A stretch of DNA of 63,210 nucleotides, counting the filler, from Octopus bimaculoides (taxonomy: Eukaryota): the NCBI RefSeq assembly GCF_001194135.2. It is 5 parts of 5 records of this genome, joined end to end, with 100 filler letters (N's around TTAATTAATTAA, not from the genome) between each part and the next. Parts side by side here need not be neighbours in the genome. Positions count along the whole stretch, not along the records: positions 1 to 17,814 come from NC_068998.1; positions 17,915 to 30,337 come from NC_069003.1; 3 more parts are not named here. One strand, 5' to 3'. The notes under the pieces were generated by a model, which ran no database searches, was not told the origin of the DNA, and worked only from the letters and a program-made list of their open reading frames with translations. The translations under genes and the position numbers were made by a program. How positions within the stretch are numbered: the first letter of the stretch is position 1; every line of letters starts with the position of its first letter. Below are positions 14,291-28,439 of the stretch, in pieces.

Positions 14291-15013
14291 NNNNNNNNNN
14301 NNNNNNNNNNNNNNNNNNNNNNNNNNNNNNNNNNNNNNNNNNNNNNNNNNNNNNNNNNNNNNNNNNNNNNNNNNNNNNNNNNNNNNNNNNNNNNNNNNNN
14401 NNNNNNNNNNNNNNNNNNNNNNNNNNNNNNNNNNNNNNNNNNNNNNNNNNNNNNNNNNNNNNNNNNNNNNNNNNNNNNNNNNNNNNNNNNNNNNNNNNNN
14501 NNNNNNNNNNNNNNNNNNNNNNNNNNNNNNNNNNNNNNNNNNNNNNNNNNNNNNNNNNNNNNNNNNNNNNNNNNNNNNNNNNNNNNNNNNNNNNNNNNNN
14601 NNNNNNNNNNNNNNNNNNNNNNNNNNNNNNNNNNNNNNNNNNNNNNNNNNNNNNNNNNNNNNNNNNNNNNNNNNNNNNNNNNNNNNNNNNNNNNNNNNNN
14701 NNNNNNNNNNNNNNNNNNNNNNNNNNNNNNNNNNNNNNNNNNNNNNNNNNNNNNNNNNNNNNNNNNNNNNNNNNNNNNNNNNNNNNNNNNNNNNNNNNNN
14801 NNNNNNNNNNNNNNNNNNNNNNNNNNNNNNNNNNNNNNNNNNNNNNNNNNNNNNNNNNNNNNNNNNNNNNNNNNNNNNNNNNNNNNNNNNNNNNNNNNNN
14901 NNNNNNNNNNNNNNNNNNNNNNNNNNNNNNNNNNNNNNNNNNNNNNNNNNNNNNNNNNNNNNNNNNNNNNNNNNNNNNNNNNNNNNNNNNATATATGGAC
15001 ATATACCTACATA

Positions 15014-15067
<54 letters not shown>

Positions 15068-15714
15068 CATAAATACATAAATGTATGTGTGTGTGTGTGT
15101 TTGTGGAACGTCTTTGATAAAAGACCAGCCTAAGAGAACCAAATCGGTAATAAACAGCAGCTACTCGTAACAAAACTGTTAGTTTCTCTCAAAACGTCGG
15201 ACTTGGGTATAAACTCCCAGTTCTAAGCCCAACTAAGCCACAAGTGAACTATCAGCATATAACCCTAACATCCTCAGAAAATATCCCTACCACCCTCTTA
15301 TTTACACTCTCAGACATTGCTGAAAGACACGTCGCTGTTATCACTAATTCCTTACTCTGTTCTCTCCAAAAACCACAACACAGATTCCAGACACCAACTG
15401 AACACAAAGAATATGTCAATTCGTCAACAGCTAAAATTGAAAGACAAAACACGGAAAATCTACAATAATAGAAATAAAAAGGAAAAAGAAATCTCTCACC
15501 CGAACATATTATTCTAACGACCATATACATAAACAAAACTATTGACGCTCTTTCCATGCTATCCACTTAAATACAAAATATTGAACACCTCCTTAAGAAA
15601 GCTGGCTCCAAAACAACAGACTTAAAGCAGCACTTACCAAATTCACTGTCTCCAGTGCTACCAGGAGGTATCAATTTCAAACATCTATCACATATTGAGC
15701 AACATAAACATATC

Positions 15715-16050
15715 AAACACACACATACACACGCACACATACACACACACACACACACGGACACACACACACACACGCACACACACACACGCACGCACGC
15801 ACGCACACACACGCACACACATTCGCACACATATACATGCGCATACACGCATACAGAATGAGAGAGAGAGAGAGAGAGAGAAAAGGATTTGCATATGACA
15901 CCTCGACATTTCCCAGATACACAGAAGACAGACAAGAAAGCAAAAGGACTTACACCCGCACGCACGCACGCACGCACGCACGCACACACACATACGCGCG
16001 CGCGCACGCAGACACACACACACACACACGCACACACACACACACAGATG
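15715..16050. repeat. compound (CA)n/(CGCA)n/(GA)n microsatellites
   Basis: Read directly from the sequence. Representative of dozens of (CA)n, (TA)n, (TATG)n, (CT)n and (TAA)n tracts, most of which border N gaps. Confidence 0.9.
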
Positions 16051-16729
16051 TACGCACGCACTTAGAGCACTCACAATGTACCACATTTGACCATCGGAAA
16101 TAAACAGCAACAAGAGTTGTATAAACAACACATTAGAACCATTACAGATTATATCAGCTCTGCTTCAGCTTCCAGCATAATAAATTGCGAACTACACAAA
16201 ATAGCGCCCTTCACATCATCACACTTTATGCATAGATCACACCTACTAACCACTTACAAAACTTGGGTTGGCTGCGGTTTTTAGGCCATCTGCCGGCATG
16301 TCCTAACGTTTCATGTCACGGAAAAAATTCACATATGAATTAAAAGCAGCTCGAGGTATATCAACAAAATCGAACACGCATACACAAGTTATGTGTGGTC
16401 TCTCGCTTGACTCTGTTTAAACCATTTAACATGTAGTCATAGTCGATGATATGGCTTGCAGCAAGCCATGTTCGGTATGCGGCATTGATAAGTTACAGCA
16501 ATGACGAAACATCGATGTCTGTGGTTCCGAGAAAGGACCTGACGTGAGCTGTCTCGCTTGACTATGACGTACTTTCCGGTGTTTTTCACACCAGGCGGAT
16601 ATATTCTCTTAGGCCTAAAATCCACAGCCACCCTACGAGCTAACAGCACACCTACCTTGTGGATGTGTGTTCGAACTTCTAATATATATGTGAATAGGTA
16701 TACATATACATAACAACATCCGATAGTCT

Positions 16730-16974
16730 GGTTGAGCACATGATCAGCAAGACTATTTGAATGTCGTTATACATCACTGACCATGATGCACTTTGCATCG
16801 TTTAAGCCTTCGAATCATGCCACCTCTCTGGTTAGGCGAGCAGGCCAACATTCTGCCTAATCTGAACGAAAAGAAGTGTTTTTCGCAAGAATACAAAACG
16901 CTGCTCGGTCTAGGAATCGAACCAACGATTTAGCGATCGTAAATGCAAGACCCTAACCAATAGGCCACGCGCCT
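16730..16974 (-). mobile_element. tRNA-derived SINE (another family)
   Basis: Minus-strand head AGGCGCGTGGCCTATTGGTTAGGG...GGTTCGATTCC (A and B boxes), continuing into a non-tRNA body. Confidence 0.6.
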
Positions 16975-16990
16975 ATACGCGTGCGTGCGT

Positions 16991-17035
<45 letters not shown>

Positions 17036-17914
17036 CGGATGAATGTGTGACAGCTTTAGTTTCATTTTTTAAATCTTTCCACTTGAGAAGGATGGTATTC
17101 AGATACCAGCTGGAATATTGTGTATGTATGTTTCTGCCTATGTATGTATGTATGTATGTATGTATGTATGTATGTATGCATGCACGTATGTATGTTTGTA
17201 TGCCTGTGTCTGTGTCTGTATGTATGTATGCATGCGTGTATGTATGCATATAAGTATGCATTATATGTCTACCGTATACGCATGAGTGTGTGTAAGAATG
17301 CATGTATATTTCGATATATGTATGCGTGATTGTATGCATACATATAGATGTGTATGTAGGTATGTATGTGTGCATATATGCTTGCATGCATGCAACTATA
17401 TTTATGTAAACATGTAAGCATGCATGTGCGTATGTGTGTGGTTATGTATGCATGTATGTACACACGCGTGCATAAATAGAAATGTGTATGAATGTATGTA
17501 CGTACGTGGATAAGTATATTTCTTTTGCGTGCGACTATAAGCGTTTGTTTTATATTTTTTTTTATTTTGTAACGGAGATATTATGTTAGATGTATAAGTA
17601 ACGTAATTTGCTGGTTAATTTCACGTTCAAATCCACCCAATACGCCAAAATGCTTCACTTCTTCACACATGTTTAATACAAGTCATAAGTGTCAGCATTA
17701 GTTTACTAATAATGTCTCGGGTCATTTGGATTTGCTTACAAGAACCTACATACACATCACACACACACACACACACACACACGTTTAGATAGGCATATAT
17801 ATATATATATATATNNNNNNNNNNNNNNNNNNNNNNNNNNNNNNNNNNNNNNNNNNNNTTAATTAATTAANNNNNNNNNNNNNNNNNNNNNNNNNNNNNN
17901 NNNNNNNNNNNNNN

Positions 17915-17961
<47 letters not shown>

Positions 17962-18099
17962 TCAATACCACCGGATTTTGTTTCTTGGAGATTTACCCAT
18001 CTGCATTCTTGAGGGTTCCAAAACGACTATTCTTCATATTTTTGTTTTTATTTCTACAGCATTATTAGTATTCCAAATTTTGTAAAGTTTACTTGGAAA

Positions 18100-19683
18100 T
18101 TCTTAGCAAATTATATTTTTCATTTTAAAATTACAAACAAAATAATATACAACCACGTGAAGGAACAATGTAAACGGAACGCATGTTCTATCAAAAACTA
18201 AAAAGGAAATTCTTAATGATTTGAAAAAGCACAAAGCTTCATTTGTAATGACAAAAAGAAACATACCAAAGTCAACAATACCCGAAGTTTTAAAAAAAAT
18301 GAGAAAAAATATGTACTTATAATGATATGCTTTAATCGGGAAAGAATTTAAGCATGTAAAAACTACAGCCAATTAAGACCAAGGTAGATGAATCACTTGT
18401 TGAAGAAATATTTGATCACTAAAAATCCCAATAAATGGGAATATCATCAACAGAAAAGCTCTGAAAATTGCGAAAGAGCACGATGAAAAGGAGTTTAAGG
18501 CCAGTAATGGGTGGTTAATTTCTTTTTGAAAAAGAAATGATGTTAAATTCAAAACTCAAACTGATACTAAAGTTGAACATGTCTGAAAATGAAATAAATG
18601 AATTTTGTGATAAATTTAAAGACAAACGTCTTGAATATAATGCAGAAAATATCTCTAACACAGATGAAACTGCATTGTTTTACAAAAAATTGCTGATTAA
18701 AAGTTATGCTTTTCCTAAGGATGATAGTACAAAATTACAGGAATCAAAACAGAGAATTACAATATTATTGACTTCTAGTGCAACTGGTGAGAAGTTAAAA
18801 CTCCTTTTTATTGGAAAAAGTCTTATAACTCGTTGTTTCAAGAATATTGACATTTTGGAACAGGAATTTTATCGTAAAAACAATACGGCATGGATGACGG
18901 AAGACATACTTTCATTTTCCCTAAAAGAAATCAATTACGAATTTTTTAAACAACACAAACAACAAAGCCTTTCAAATATAGAACTTTTTTCCACCCCAGA
19001 ACACAACTGCAAATTTACAGCCTTTAGTTCAACGAATAATTTGATCATTCAAGTGCAACTACAAAATGATTTTTATTTAAAATTTGGTTAATAAAGAAAG
19101 ATGTGAAAGTGTCAATTCAAAAGGAACATCATTATTGGATGGTATTTTTGGGTCAGTCCAGGCATGGGATTCAGTTGTAAAAGAGGCAATTGTAAATTAC
19201 GGTAAAAACTCAGGTCTGCAAATATAGAATTCAATAAGTGAAGGTTTGCTTGAAAACACATCAGTTGGATTGAGTTTAGAAAATGGGGAATACGAGCTGC
19301 AACGCGCACTTAGGGAACTCAAGGAATTAAAATATAATACTATTACTTTTACTGAACTAAAAAATTATGAAACTAGAGAAACAGAATGTTGCAATAATCC
19401 AGATGAAACCAAAAATTTTACAAGTGAAATGATAAATTCCAAATCTCAAAATAATGATATGGAAGGGGAGACAACTGCCGAAGAACAAGTTAATAAAGCT
19501 GATTTTAAAAAGTACTTGGAATTAATCAGTGAACTTAAAATTCTCTGTTCAAATGTTTGCCCTGAGAGTTTAAAGCACATATTTTCAGCAGAAAATAATA
19601 TTAATAGTTTACGTAACAGTAGAAAGAGACAAAAAAATATTTTTGAATTTATGACACCTGCAAAGAAGAATCGAGCATCATAG
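18100..19683 (+). mobile_element. pogo/Tigger-family DNA transposase remnant (CENP-B HTH plus DDE_1)
   Basis: FKASNGWL motif near 18495. ORF 18537..19091 has NTDETALFYK, KQRITILL..SATGEKLKLLFIGKS and NNTAWMT. The acidic C-terminus ends RKRQKNIFEF. Frameshifts and stops are present. Confidence 0.88.
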
Positions 19684-19839
19684 ATAAGAACACAATGAAA
19701 TCTTACGTTTAAATTTTTACGTCTTTTGCTTTTACTTTGAATTGAATTGAACTAGTTTCAGCACACGAGCTGTGGCCATGCTGGGGCACCGCCATTTGGT
19801 GTTGCTACATAATTTTTACTTCACTAATTCTTTTAGAAC

Positions 19840-22305
19840 TTGACATTGGGTGCATGAGGGAGTTTGACGCCGCTGCCCTCAATTATACTTCCTGCTGTGA
19901 AGCTGGTTCATCTGAGACACTTGAAAGTATGAGATCTAGTTTCGTTTTGAAAGCACTTACATCCACCCCGTGCAAGCTTATCAAGTCCTTTGGGAGGATA
20001 CTGAAGCGCTGTGGGCCTTCAAAGCCCAGGCTGACGCAATATCTTGTCCTATATTATGATGGCAAATTTGGAGTATTTAGCACTATGTAGCGGCGCCCCG
20101 TTGAAGCATTACTGTAACTCTCAGCGCCAAAGTTTGGGACAAGTCCCTTTAGAATCTTCCAGATGTATGTTACGGCATATCTTTGCCGCATACTCTCTAG
20201 GGAATAGAGTCTCAACCTCCTAAGTCTTTCCCAGTAGCTTATAGGCTGCATAAAGTCTATCTTCGTGTAGCTTCGTTGGATTGCTTCAAGTTCTGCAATT
20301 AATTTTACACTGGTTGGTGACCATAGCTGGGAGCAATAGTCAAAGCAGCTTATGACAAATGTCCCCCAAAGGACCATCATAATTTCCTGATCTCTAGTTT
20401 TAAAAGTTCTAAGAATCCATCTGGTCAGCCGCCTGCATTTCATTGCCAACTTAGCAGCATGCACATGGAAGAATGCATCATTACTCATGTAAATGCCCAG
20501 GTCCCGCATTGACTGTGCCTCTGGGATTGCAATCCCTCCAGGTCCAGTGTATTTAACTGGTATTTCATTTAAATTTGCATGTGGATAGCGTAGAGATTAA
20601 AACGTCTCAGCATTAAACTGCATACTATTCTTCTTAGCCCACTTGTATATTTCATCAAACACACGTTGCATGTGCATAGCGTCTTCAGGGTTCTGTATCA
20701 ATTGTGAGACTTTCGTATCATCTGCATAACTTGTGACTGTGGCTCTCTGTGTGGCCGAGGGCATATCTAAGAGGGCCATTATGAACAGCAGTGGTCCCAA
20801 AACAGTGCCTTGCGGAACACCGCTCACTATTTCCGTGTCATTGGCTACTACTGCTTCACGCCTCTCTTTCAGAAAGTCATGCAGCTATTCTCCCGACTAT
20901 GCCGAGATCACGCAGTTTGTGACATATCATTCCATAATCGACTTTACCGAAGCCTTTGCAAAGTCGGGATATATCGCATCCATATTTGAGTGGTTGAGCA
21001 GCTGTTTCAATACCCAGTCTTACTTTTGTAAGAGCTGAGTCAGGCAGCTTCTTCGTGGTCGGAAACCGTGTTGGGTGTCAGTCACCAAGACTTTTTCCTC
21101 AAGGGATGTTGTTAGTTTTCTTCTGAATATTCGTTCCATGACTTTGCTGATGTGCGAAGTCAGAGAGATAGGTCTCTAGATTTTAGCCTCTGTTCTGCTA
21201 CCTCCTTTATGAATGGGGCATATTTTACCTTCCTTCAGCTTGCTTGGAAGTTTGCCAGCTGCAAGCAAGCTTTGGAAGAGAGACTGCAGTGGTCTTGCTA
21301 GGACTCGCTTACATGATTTTAGAAATATTGCTGGGAATCCCCACAGGGATAGGAGATGAGTTCGGGATCATCTCATCTAAAGCCCTTATTACATCGTCTT
21401 CTTTTATATTGAAGTAATCAATCATCACTGCCTCTGTTTTTATATCTGCAGTTGTAAAAAAAGAGTCAGATTGCAGACTTTCAAGCGTCCTAGTGGTTGA
21501 GTGAAAAAACTTTGATTTGCTCATTTAGTATTGAACTTATCCTTATTGGGTTTCCTGTGAGTGAACCGTCTTTTTCGAGGAGTGGCCCTACTTTGCAGTG
21601 CACGGAGGCTGTTTCTTTGGCAAACTTGCAGAAGGCGCTGAAGTTAGATATTATATTGTCTATAGCCCAGGCTTCTTTGGCTGCTCTTTCATTTTCATGG
21701 GAGTGTTACAGACTTTTTTCAATCTCCAACAGTTGTATTTTCAGACGGAATTTTTCACTGCTTTCAATTTTTTGTGCGGACGATTTGAAATTTGTGTGCG
21801 CTGTCTCATAAGAACTTTCTTCTGTACAGTGGCCTTTTTCTCCGGGACACATTTGTACCATCCGGCTTGCATCACAGACATGAATTGTTAAGTTTCATGT
21901 CGATGTCTGGTGAGGAGAGATATTTAGTCCAGTTTTGTTTGAGGATCTTTGTTTCAATTTGTTTCCAGTTTGCCTTTTGGAAGTTCAAACTGGAAAGATT
22001 TTGAGAGTTTCTTGTAGGTTGCATGTCCATGGTTTCCTTTGGTCCTTACATTGTCAGATCTACCATACTGTGATCCGAGAGTAAAGTGGGTGTCACTTTC
22101 ACATTATGGATGAGATCCATATTACTTCTGAAGCAGAGATCCAGTATATTACCTGCCCTGGTTGGTTAGAGTACTATTTGCTCCATGCACAAAGTGTTGA
22201 TGAGGTTCAGGAGGGACTTCACCTATCCTTGTTCGCAACGCACCATTCCTGGGCGAGAAAAGCCCTCAGGCTATCCAACACTGGGCAGACTGAAGTCTCC
22301 CATAA
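19840..22305 (-). mobile_element. CR1-type LINE, 5'-truncated and frameshifted (C-terminal part of the APE endonuclease plus RT)
   Basis: SGVPQGTVLGPLLF and YADDTK RT motifs (ORF 20597..20827). RDLGI...FDYCSQLWSP...LEAIQRSYTK...YWERL C-terminal domain (ORF 20054..20509). APE motifs GDFS, TRAGNILDL and SDH near 22070-22290. Confidence 0.9.
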
Positions 22306-22531
22306 GAGACTTTTTTTCTTTTGATAATATCAAAATAACCAACTTTTCTGTAAAATTGTTATTAAAAACCATAATTGAGGTAAATACCTAAAAACAACTT
22401 AAATTCATAACTCTTTTCTCAAAAAACAGTTCGTTATTGACAGATATTTATATTAAAAACTCGCTCAATAACGAACTTATATATATACATATGCCCACAT
22501 ACGTACATACATACATACATATATATATATA

Positions 22532-22579
<48 letters not shown>

Positions 22580-22624
22580 TGTGTGTATATGTTCGTATGT
22601 ATATAAATATATATGTATATATAA

Positions 22625-23130
22625 ATGTGCCAGACGACCTATGTTGTAAACGAGATCATCTGTGGCAAATGTGGCGCATCCTACATGGGAAGCACACCAA
22701 CAAAACTGCATACACGAATAAAAGAACACATGCAGGCAGACACTTCCGTGAAGAAACATCAAAGGAAATGCCAGACCCGGGAATTCACAGGGCCCATCAG
22801 GACAACACAGCGCAGCAGGGGCAACATTAGAATCTTCGAGGCCATTCTTCTACATCAAAGGAAACCAACTGTTAATTAGAGAACAGAGTTACAGGGAGCT
22901 AGATGGTTGCTATAGCAACAACTTTCCGCGCCTGTCTACTCCACATACCCTCACACACATGCAAATCTGCAACATTCGTTAATTTCTTGAGACGTGTAGA
23001 AATTTGCCTGTTATAGGTAATTTCTCTCGTGTTTAAATGTACACTATTTTATATTGAATAATATTTCGTCTACTGACTTTTTTAAACATGCTAGGCCACT
23101 GGTAGTAAAATTTGTAAAAAATTGCTACCC
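22625..23130 (+). mobile_element. Penelope-like element 3' fragment (GIY-YIG plus tail), a second family
   Basis: ORF 22625..22879 contains VVNEIICGKCGASYMGSTPTKLHTRIKEH and IFEAILLHQRKPTVN. The tail motif ctaggccactggt recurs at about 25417 and 60292. Confidence 0.75.
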
Positions 23131-23152
23131 TTTTGCTGCTGTTGCTGCTGCA

Positions 23153-23183
<31 letters not shown>

Positions 23184-23460
23184 ACTAGTATTTTTTCTCT
23201 ATTTTTACGACCTCTTATATTCTAGATTTTTAGTAATAAATATATCTCTATCCGTTTCTTCTATTGTACTAATAATATCTACTAGTTACTTTTTAATTAT
23301 ATTAGTAAAATTCTCTATATAGAATAGCTGTATATGGCATGATTAAACAGTCACATATAGAACCTGAAATATAAAAATGTTAATTGATAAAAAATATAAA
23401 CCTTTGCAAGTCAGTATATACATTGAACGATGTTTTAAGGGTGTCTATTTACTTTTGTCT

Positions 23461-23491
<31 letters not shown>

Positions 23492-23917
23492 AATGAAGAT
23501 CGTCACACGTGTGTGTGTCTGGGTGTGTTTACGTCTCTGTTACATAGCAGTTCGGTCAAAATCCTCGATATAATGCAATTACTAGGCTTAAAAATGTGTA
23601 CGTCCTTGAGGCGTTTTTCCAGTATAGTCGCAGATAAAACAAAGTAAACAATAAAACCAACATATCTTCAATGTCAAGCTGTTAATATCTTTCGAGTAAT
23701 CTTCCGATATAAGCAACAAAGAAAAAGGATGACTTCCCAATAAAACTGAAATAATGTTTGCAACCTTTTGAGAAAAATATGGAGATGAAAACCCGATGTA
23801 TTGCATGTCCTTGTTTTAAATAATTTTACATTCCAACCGGTTTAGGTTCAAAAAGTTCTGCAAGTAAAAAGGAGAAAGGGAGGTTTTACACAAACATACA
23901 CACATTCTCCTCACACC

Positions 23918-23960
<43 letters not shown>

Positions 23961-24391
23961 CTAACAAAGTGGAAGAATGGGAATCAGGCCCAGTGCAGTG
24001 GAACATAACTTCTTTTTTGCAATTCTGTAGCAATGGTTCCATATTATATGAAATCTACAATTATTTTACTGCAATCGTAGANNNNNNNNNNNNNNNNNNN
24101 NNNNNNNNNNNNNNNNNNNNNNNNNNNNNNNNNNNNNNNNNNNNNNNNNNNNNNNNNNNNNNNNNNNNNNNNNNNNNNNNNNNNNNNNNNNNNNNNNNNN
24201 NNNNNNNNNNNNNNNNNNNNNNNNNNNNNNNNNNNNNNNNNNNNNNNNNNNNNNNNNNNNNNNNNNNNNNNNNNNNNNNNNNNNNNNNNNNNNNNNNNNN
24301 NNNNNNNNNNNNNNNNNNNNNNNNNNNNNNNNNNNNNNNNNNNNNNTATATATCTCCATACATACATACATACATACGTACATATATATAT

Positions 24392-24424
<33 letters not shown>

Positions 24425-26137
24425 TATGTATTAATAATGATTAGGAGAACGGAGATTTTCCATCCCTATAATTTTATTAAACAGTTACATACAGCATTCC
24501 TTTCTGGATCTACTCGCGTTTCAGCTGCATCGACTGCACACTATTAGAGATGCATCCTGCTGTCCTTGTCGTTACAATTCCATGAGGGTCATTATATCAA
24601 GTGTAATGCGTTCATTTGAATTTTTTTTAAAGTATAATAAGAACAATTATAGATTATTAGAATAACAATTGTAAAATCAAAAATCAAATAAGAAATCAAT
24701 ACCGATTGAATACTTCTATAACTAAGAATATTTCCCCTTGAAGTCCGTGGAATGGCAGTATTGAATGTGCACAAACATTTGATCCAACCATGATCTATTT
24801 TTAGGACTATATTTCGCTTCACCCACATTTACTGGAGGTGAACCCTAGGTCAAGATTCCTACGACTATATATAGTATTACCCATACGTCCTAAAGAACAC
24901 TTTATTTCGTCAGTTTCACTTCGAAACGGTAGTAAATAAAGGCCTTGATGGAGCTGTATCAACAATGACCCCTAGGAGGTATATCAAATGGTGGGCAGTC
25001 AAAGCAGTTGAATCGCGGATAGGCCTTGAAAAGAATTCTGTAAATAACTGTTTAATAAAATTATAGGTGTTAAAATGTCCGTTCTCCTTATCATTGTCAA
25101 TACTATTATTTACTCTACAGAAACTATGCAATCCTGGATTGGACACTCACGGATTTACCAAGCGAGAATAATTACCAGAGTCTAGCAACTTATTCTTAAC
25201 TCGGATATCACTAAAGGACCTTTGTGGTCAGACAGCATATGAAATCGATCGAAGAAGTAACACGGTAGCCGTCAGTAATCGATACCCCTTAAAACTCATT
25301 TTTGGAAATATATGTATATGTATATATATATATCTAGTGAGTAGATGTCCTATTATAGGCATCTCTGCATTTTAAATGAATAATACATAGTCTATTGACT
25401 GTTTTTTTACTCTCGCTAGACCACTGGTGGTAAATAAAATTTCTAAAATTTTGTTTGCTACCCTATAATTTATTAATANNNNNNNNNNNNNNNNNNNNNN
25501 NNNNNNNNNNNNNNNNNNNNNNNNNNNNNNNNNNNNNNNNNNNNNNNNNNNNNNNNNNNNNNNNNNNNNNNNNNNNNNNNNNNNNNNNNNNNNNNNNNNN
25601 NNNNNNNNNNNNNNNNNNNNNNNNNNNNNNNNNNNNNNNNNNNNNNNNNNNNNNNNNNNNNNNNNNNNNNNNNNNNNNNNNNNNNNNNNNNNNNNNNNNN
25701 NNNNNNNNNNNNNNNNNNNNNNNNNNNNNNNNNNNNNNNNNNNNNNNNNNNNNNNNNNNNNNNNNNNNNNNNNNNNNNNNNNNNNNNNNNNNNNNNNNNN
25801 NNNNNNNNNNNNNNNNNNNNNNNNNNNNNNNNNNNNNNNNNNNNNNNNNNNNNNNNNNNNNNNNNNNNNNNNNNNNNNNNNNNNNNNNNNNNNNNNNNNN
25901 NNNNNNNNNNNNNNNNNNNNNNNNNNNNNNNNNNNNNNNNNNNNNNNNNNNNNNNNNNNNNNNNNNNNNNNNNNNNNNNNNNNNNNNNNNNNNNNNNNNN
26001 NNNNNNNNNNNNNNNNNNNNNNNNNNNNNNNNNNNNNNNNNNNNNNNNNNNNNNNNNNNNNNNNNNNNNNNNNNNNNNNNNNNNNNNNNNNNNNNNNNNN
26101 NNNNNNNNNNNNNNNNNNNNNNNNNNNNNNNNNNNNN

Positions 26138-26171
<34 letters not shown>

Positions 26172-27178
26172 GTGTGTGTATACATACTTGTTCAGGTACA
26201 GGTTCACATAAACACAAACGCTTGCACGCACACACGCGCATACACACATATATATGTATAAAAATAAACGATGACAAATATTTGAAATAGGTTATCGAAA
26301 AAGCGCCTTAGCATAGTGAGATCACAGTGGAAGGTGAGATGTTTTTCATACGTAGGCGTTTGCAAACACACATACACAGAGGGACGCAGAGACGCACATT
26401 CCAAACTATATACACACTCACACACTCGCATATATATATTTAAAAGATTACTCGTTTCGTAAATGCATAGACACATTCACTTACTCACGCAAATATATAT
26501 ATCTATACATAGTGGCATATATATGTCATATAACAACCCTTCTATGTGAAAGAAAATTTTATATAATGTAAATCTCGGGCAGACAATGGCATCCCACATT
26601 TAACCATTCCAGGAATTGTCGCTTAATGCACAAAAAGGAAAAAAAATATTAATGCAACATAATTATGAAAACCGACATATTTGGTTGATAGGAGAAAATA
26701 TGGCGATATCATTTTACAAATCTCAGAATAGTTTATTTTTTGAAAGCTGTCTGAATTGGAAATAGGACAAATATTTGATGACGCATTAAAAAAACACACG
26801 CACGCACGCACACACACAAACACACGCGTACACAGACACAAACACAAAGTAAAGTAGGATATGCAAAAAGGTAACCAATGTAGGAGAAGGACATCATCTG
26901 TTTTCTGATTTTTTTCTGTCATTGGTCCACAGTCATGCTGGGTCACAGCCTTGAAGTGTTTTAGTCGAACAGATCGACTCCCATACTGTTTTTAATACCA
27001 GGTAATTATTCAGTCGGACATTTTTGACGAATAGCTAAGTTGCAGTGGCTTCATGAAACCAACACTGGGTGTACAACGCTGGTAAGAGACAAATAAAAAC
27101 ACAAATACACACAAACAAAAATATATATACACGCATACGTATATACATACATTCACACACACACATGTAGACACACAC

Positions 27179-27398
27179 ATGAGTGGGTGCTGAGAAGTTC
27201 CCGGGTTTGGGTAAAAGAAATATGCAGGGGGAACCGTTAATTATGATTTTATTCAGTGTATTCCCCTCTCAGATTCACAGACTTATTGCAGCAGTCCTTC
27301 AGTTTTTCTAAGCCCTGTAAAAGAACTCGGAAGGTTGGGCCTCCAACCAAGCCTTTTGCGACACCTTTAAAGCCAGGAACCCTTCAGCACCCGTCGTA
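27179..27398. mobile_element. mariner-derived MITE (about 220 bp)
   Basis: Ends (T)GAGTGGGTGCTGAGAAGTTCCCGGGTTT ... AAAGCCAGGAACCCTTCAGCACCCGTCGTA. A second, partial copy lies inverted at about 51770-51920. Confidence 0.7.
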
Positions 27399-28439
27399 TG
27401 CCTATACATAAGTAAATACATGCATACATACATTATCTTCTCACAAAGCATTGGTCGGTGTGGTTGTGCAAGATGTAGCGCGGTAATACTGAACCTGGAA
27501 CCATTACTTTTGGAAGCAAACCTCTTACCACATCACTAATCTAATTTCTAATTCATAAAAATTGAATATAGAATTCAACAACTCAGCACTACCTAAAATT
27601 CTTGGCACAACGGACCGCTTTCATGACCATAACAAACGAATTAAAATGCGTTGTATATAATGTAATTGTACAAATTTTTTTGTTTGTGTGTATTTGTGTT
27701 TTTGTTTGTCTCATACCAGCGTTATTTTTTTGAGTGAACCAGACACTACTGATGAGAACTGAATTAGAGTAGAAAATCGATTCACGCCGCCCAGGACTTT
27801 TTCATGATGGTAGGCGTGACTGTGTGGTAAAATGCTTGCTTCTCAACAACATGGTTCTGGGTTCAGTCCGGCTGCGTTGCAGCTTGGGCAAGTGTTTTCT
27901 GTTGTAGCCTGGGGCCGACCAAAGCCTTGCGAATGGATTTGGTAGGTTGAAACTGAACGGAACTTCTCAGCACCCACTTGTGTGTATGTGTGTGAATGTA
28001 TGTATGCGCGTATATTTTTATTTGTGTGTATTTGTGTTTTTATTTGTCTCTTACCAGCGTTGCACACCCAATGTTGGTTTGATGAAACCACTGCAACTTA
28101 ATTAATCGACGAACGTGTCCGAACCGCTCGACAACCGATGTTGATATGTTTACGTTTCCATAACTTAGCGGTTCGGCATAAGAGAACAATAGATTAGGTA
28201 CAAGCCTTAAAAAACATGTAGTAGGGTCGATTCATCAGACTAAAAATTCTTCACGATGGCGACCCTGCATTGCCGCAGCCCAACAACTGAAACAAGTAAT
28301 AGATAAAAGATACTTTACTGTAAAAATAGTTAAATTTGCATTTGGTGTATGACTATTTCCTGGGTTTATATATATATTATATTTGGCCTTGATTCTGTGT
28401 GGATTGAGATCGCCGCTGACAGGACCCTGGTATTAACTA

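Noticed and set aside
15200-16300. Possible LINE coding remnant interleaved with microsatellites
   Set aside because: The composition looks coding-like, but I could not identify any diagnostic RT or endonuclease motif.
16890-16974. Possible tRNA gene
   Set aside because: A and B boxes are present, but the sequence continues into a SINE body and I could not build a complete cloverleaf. The same holds for the other SINE heads.
27749-27785. CTGATGAG...GAAAATCGATTC as a hammerhead
   Set aside because: No stem I complement follows the putative cleavage site and stem II is poor.
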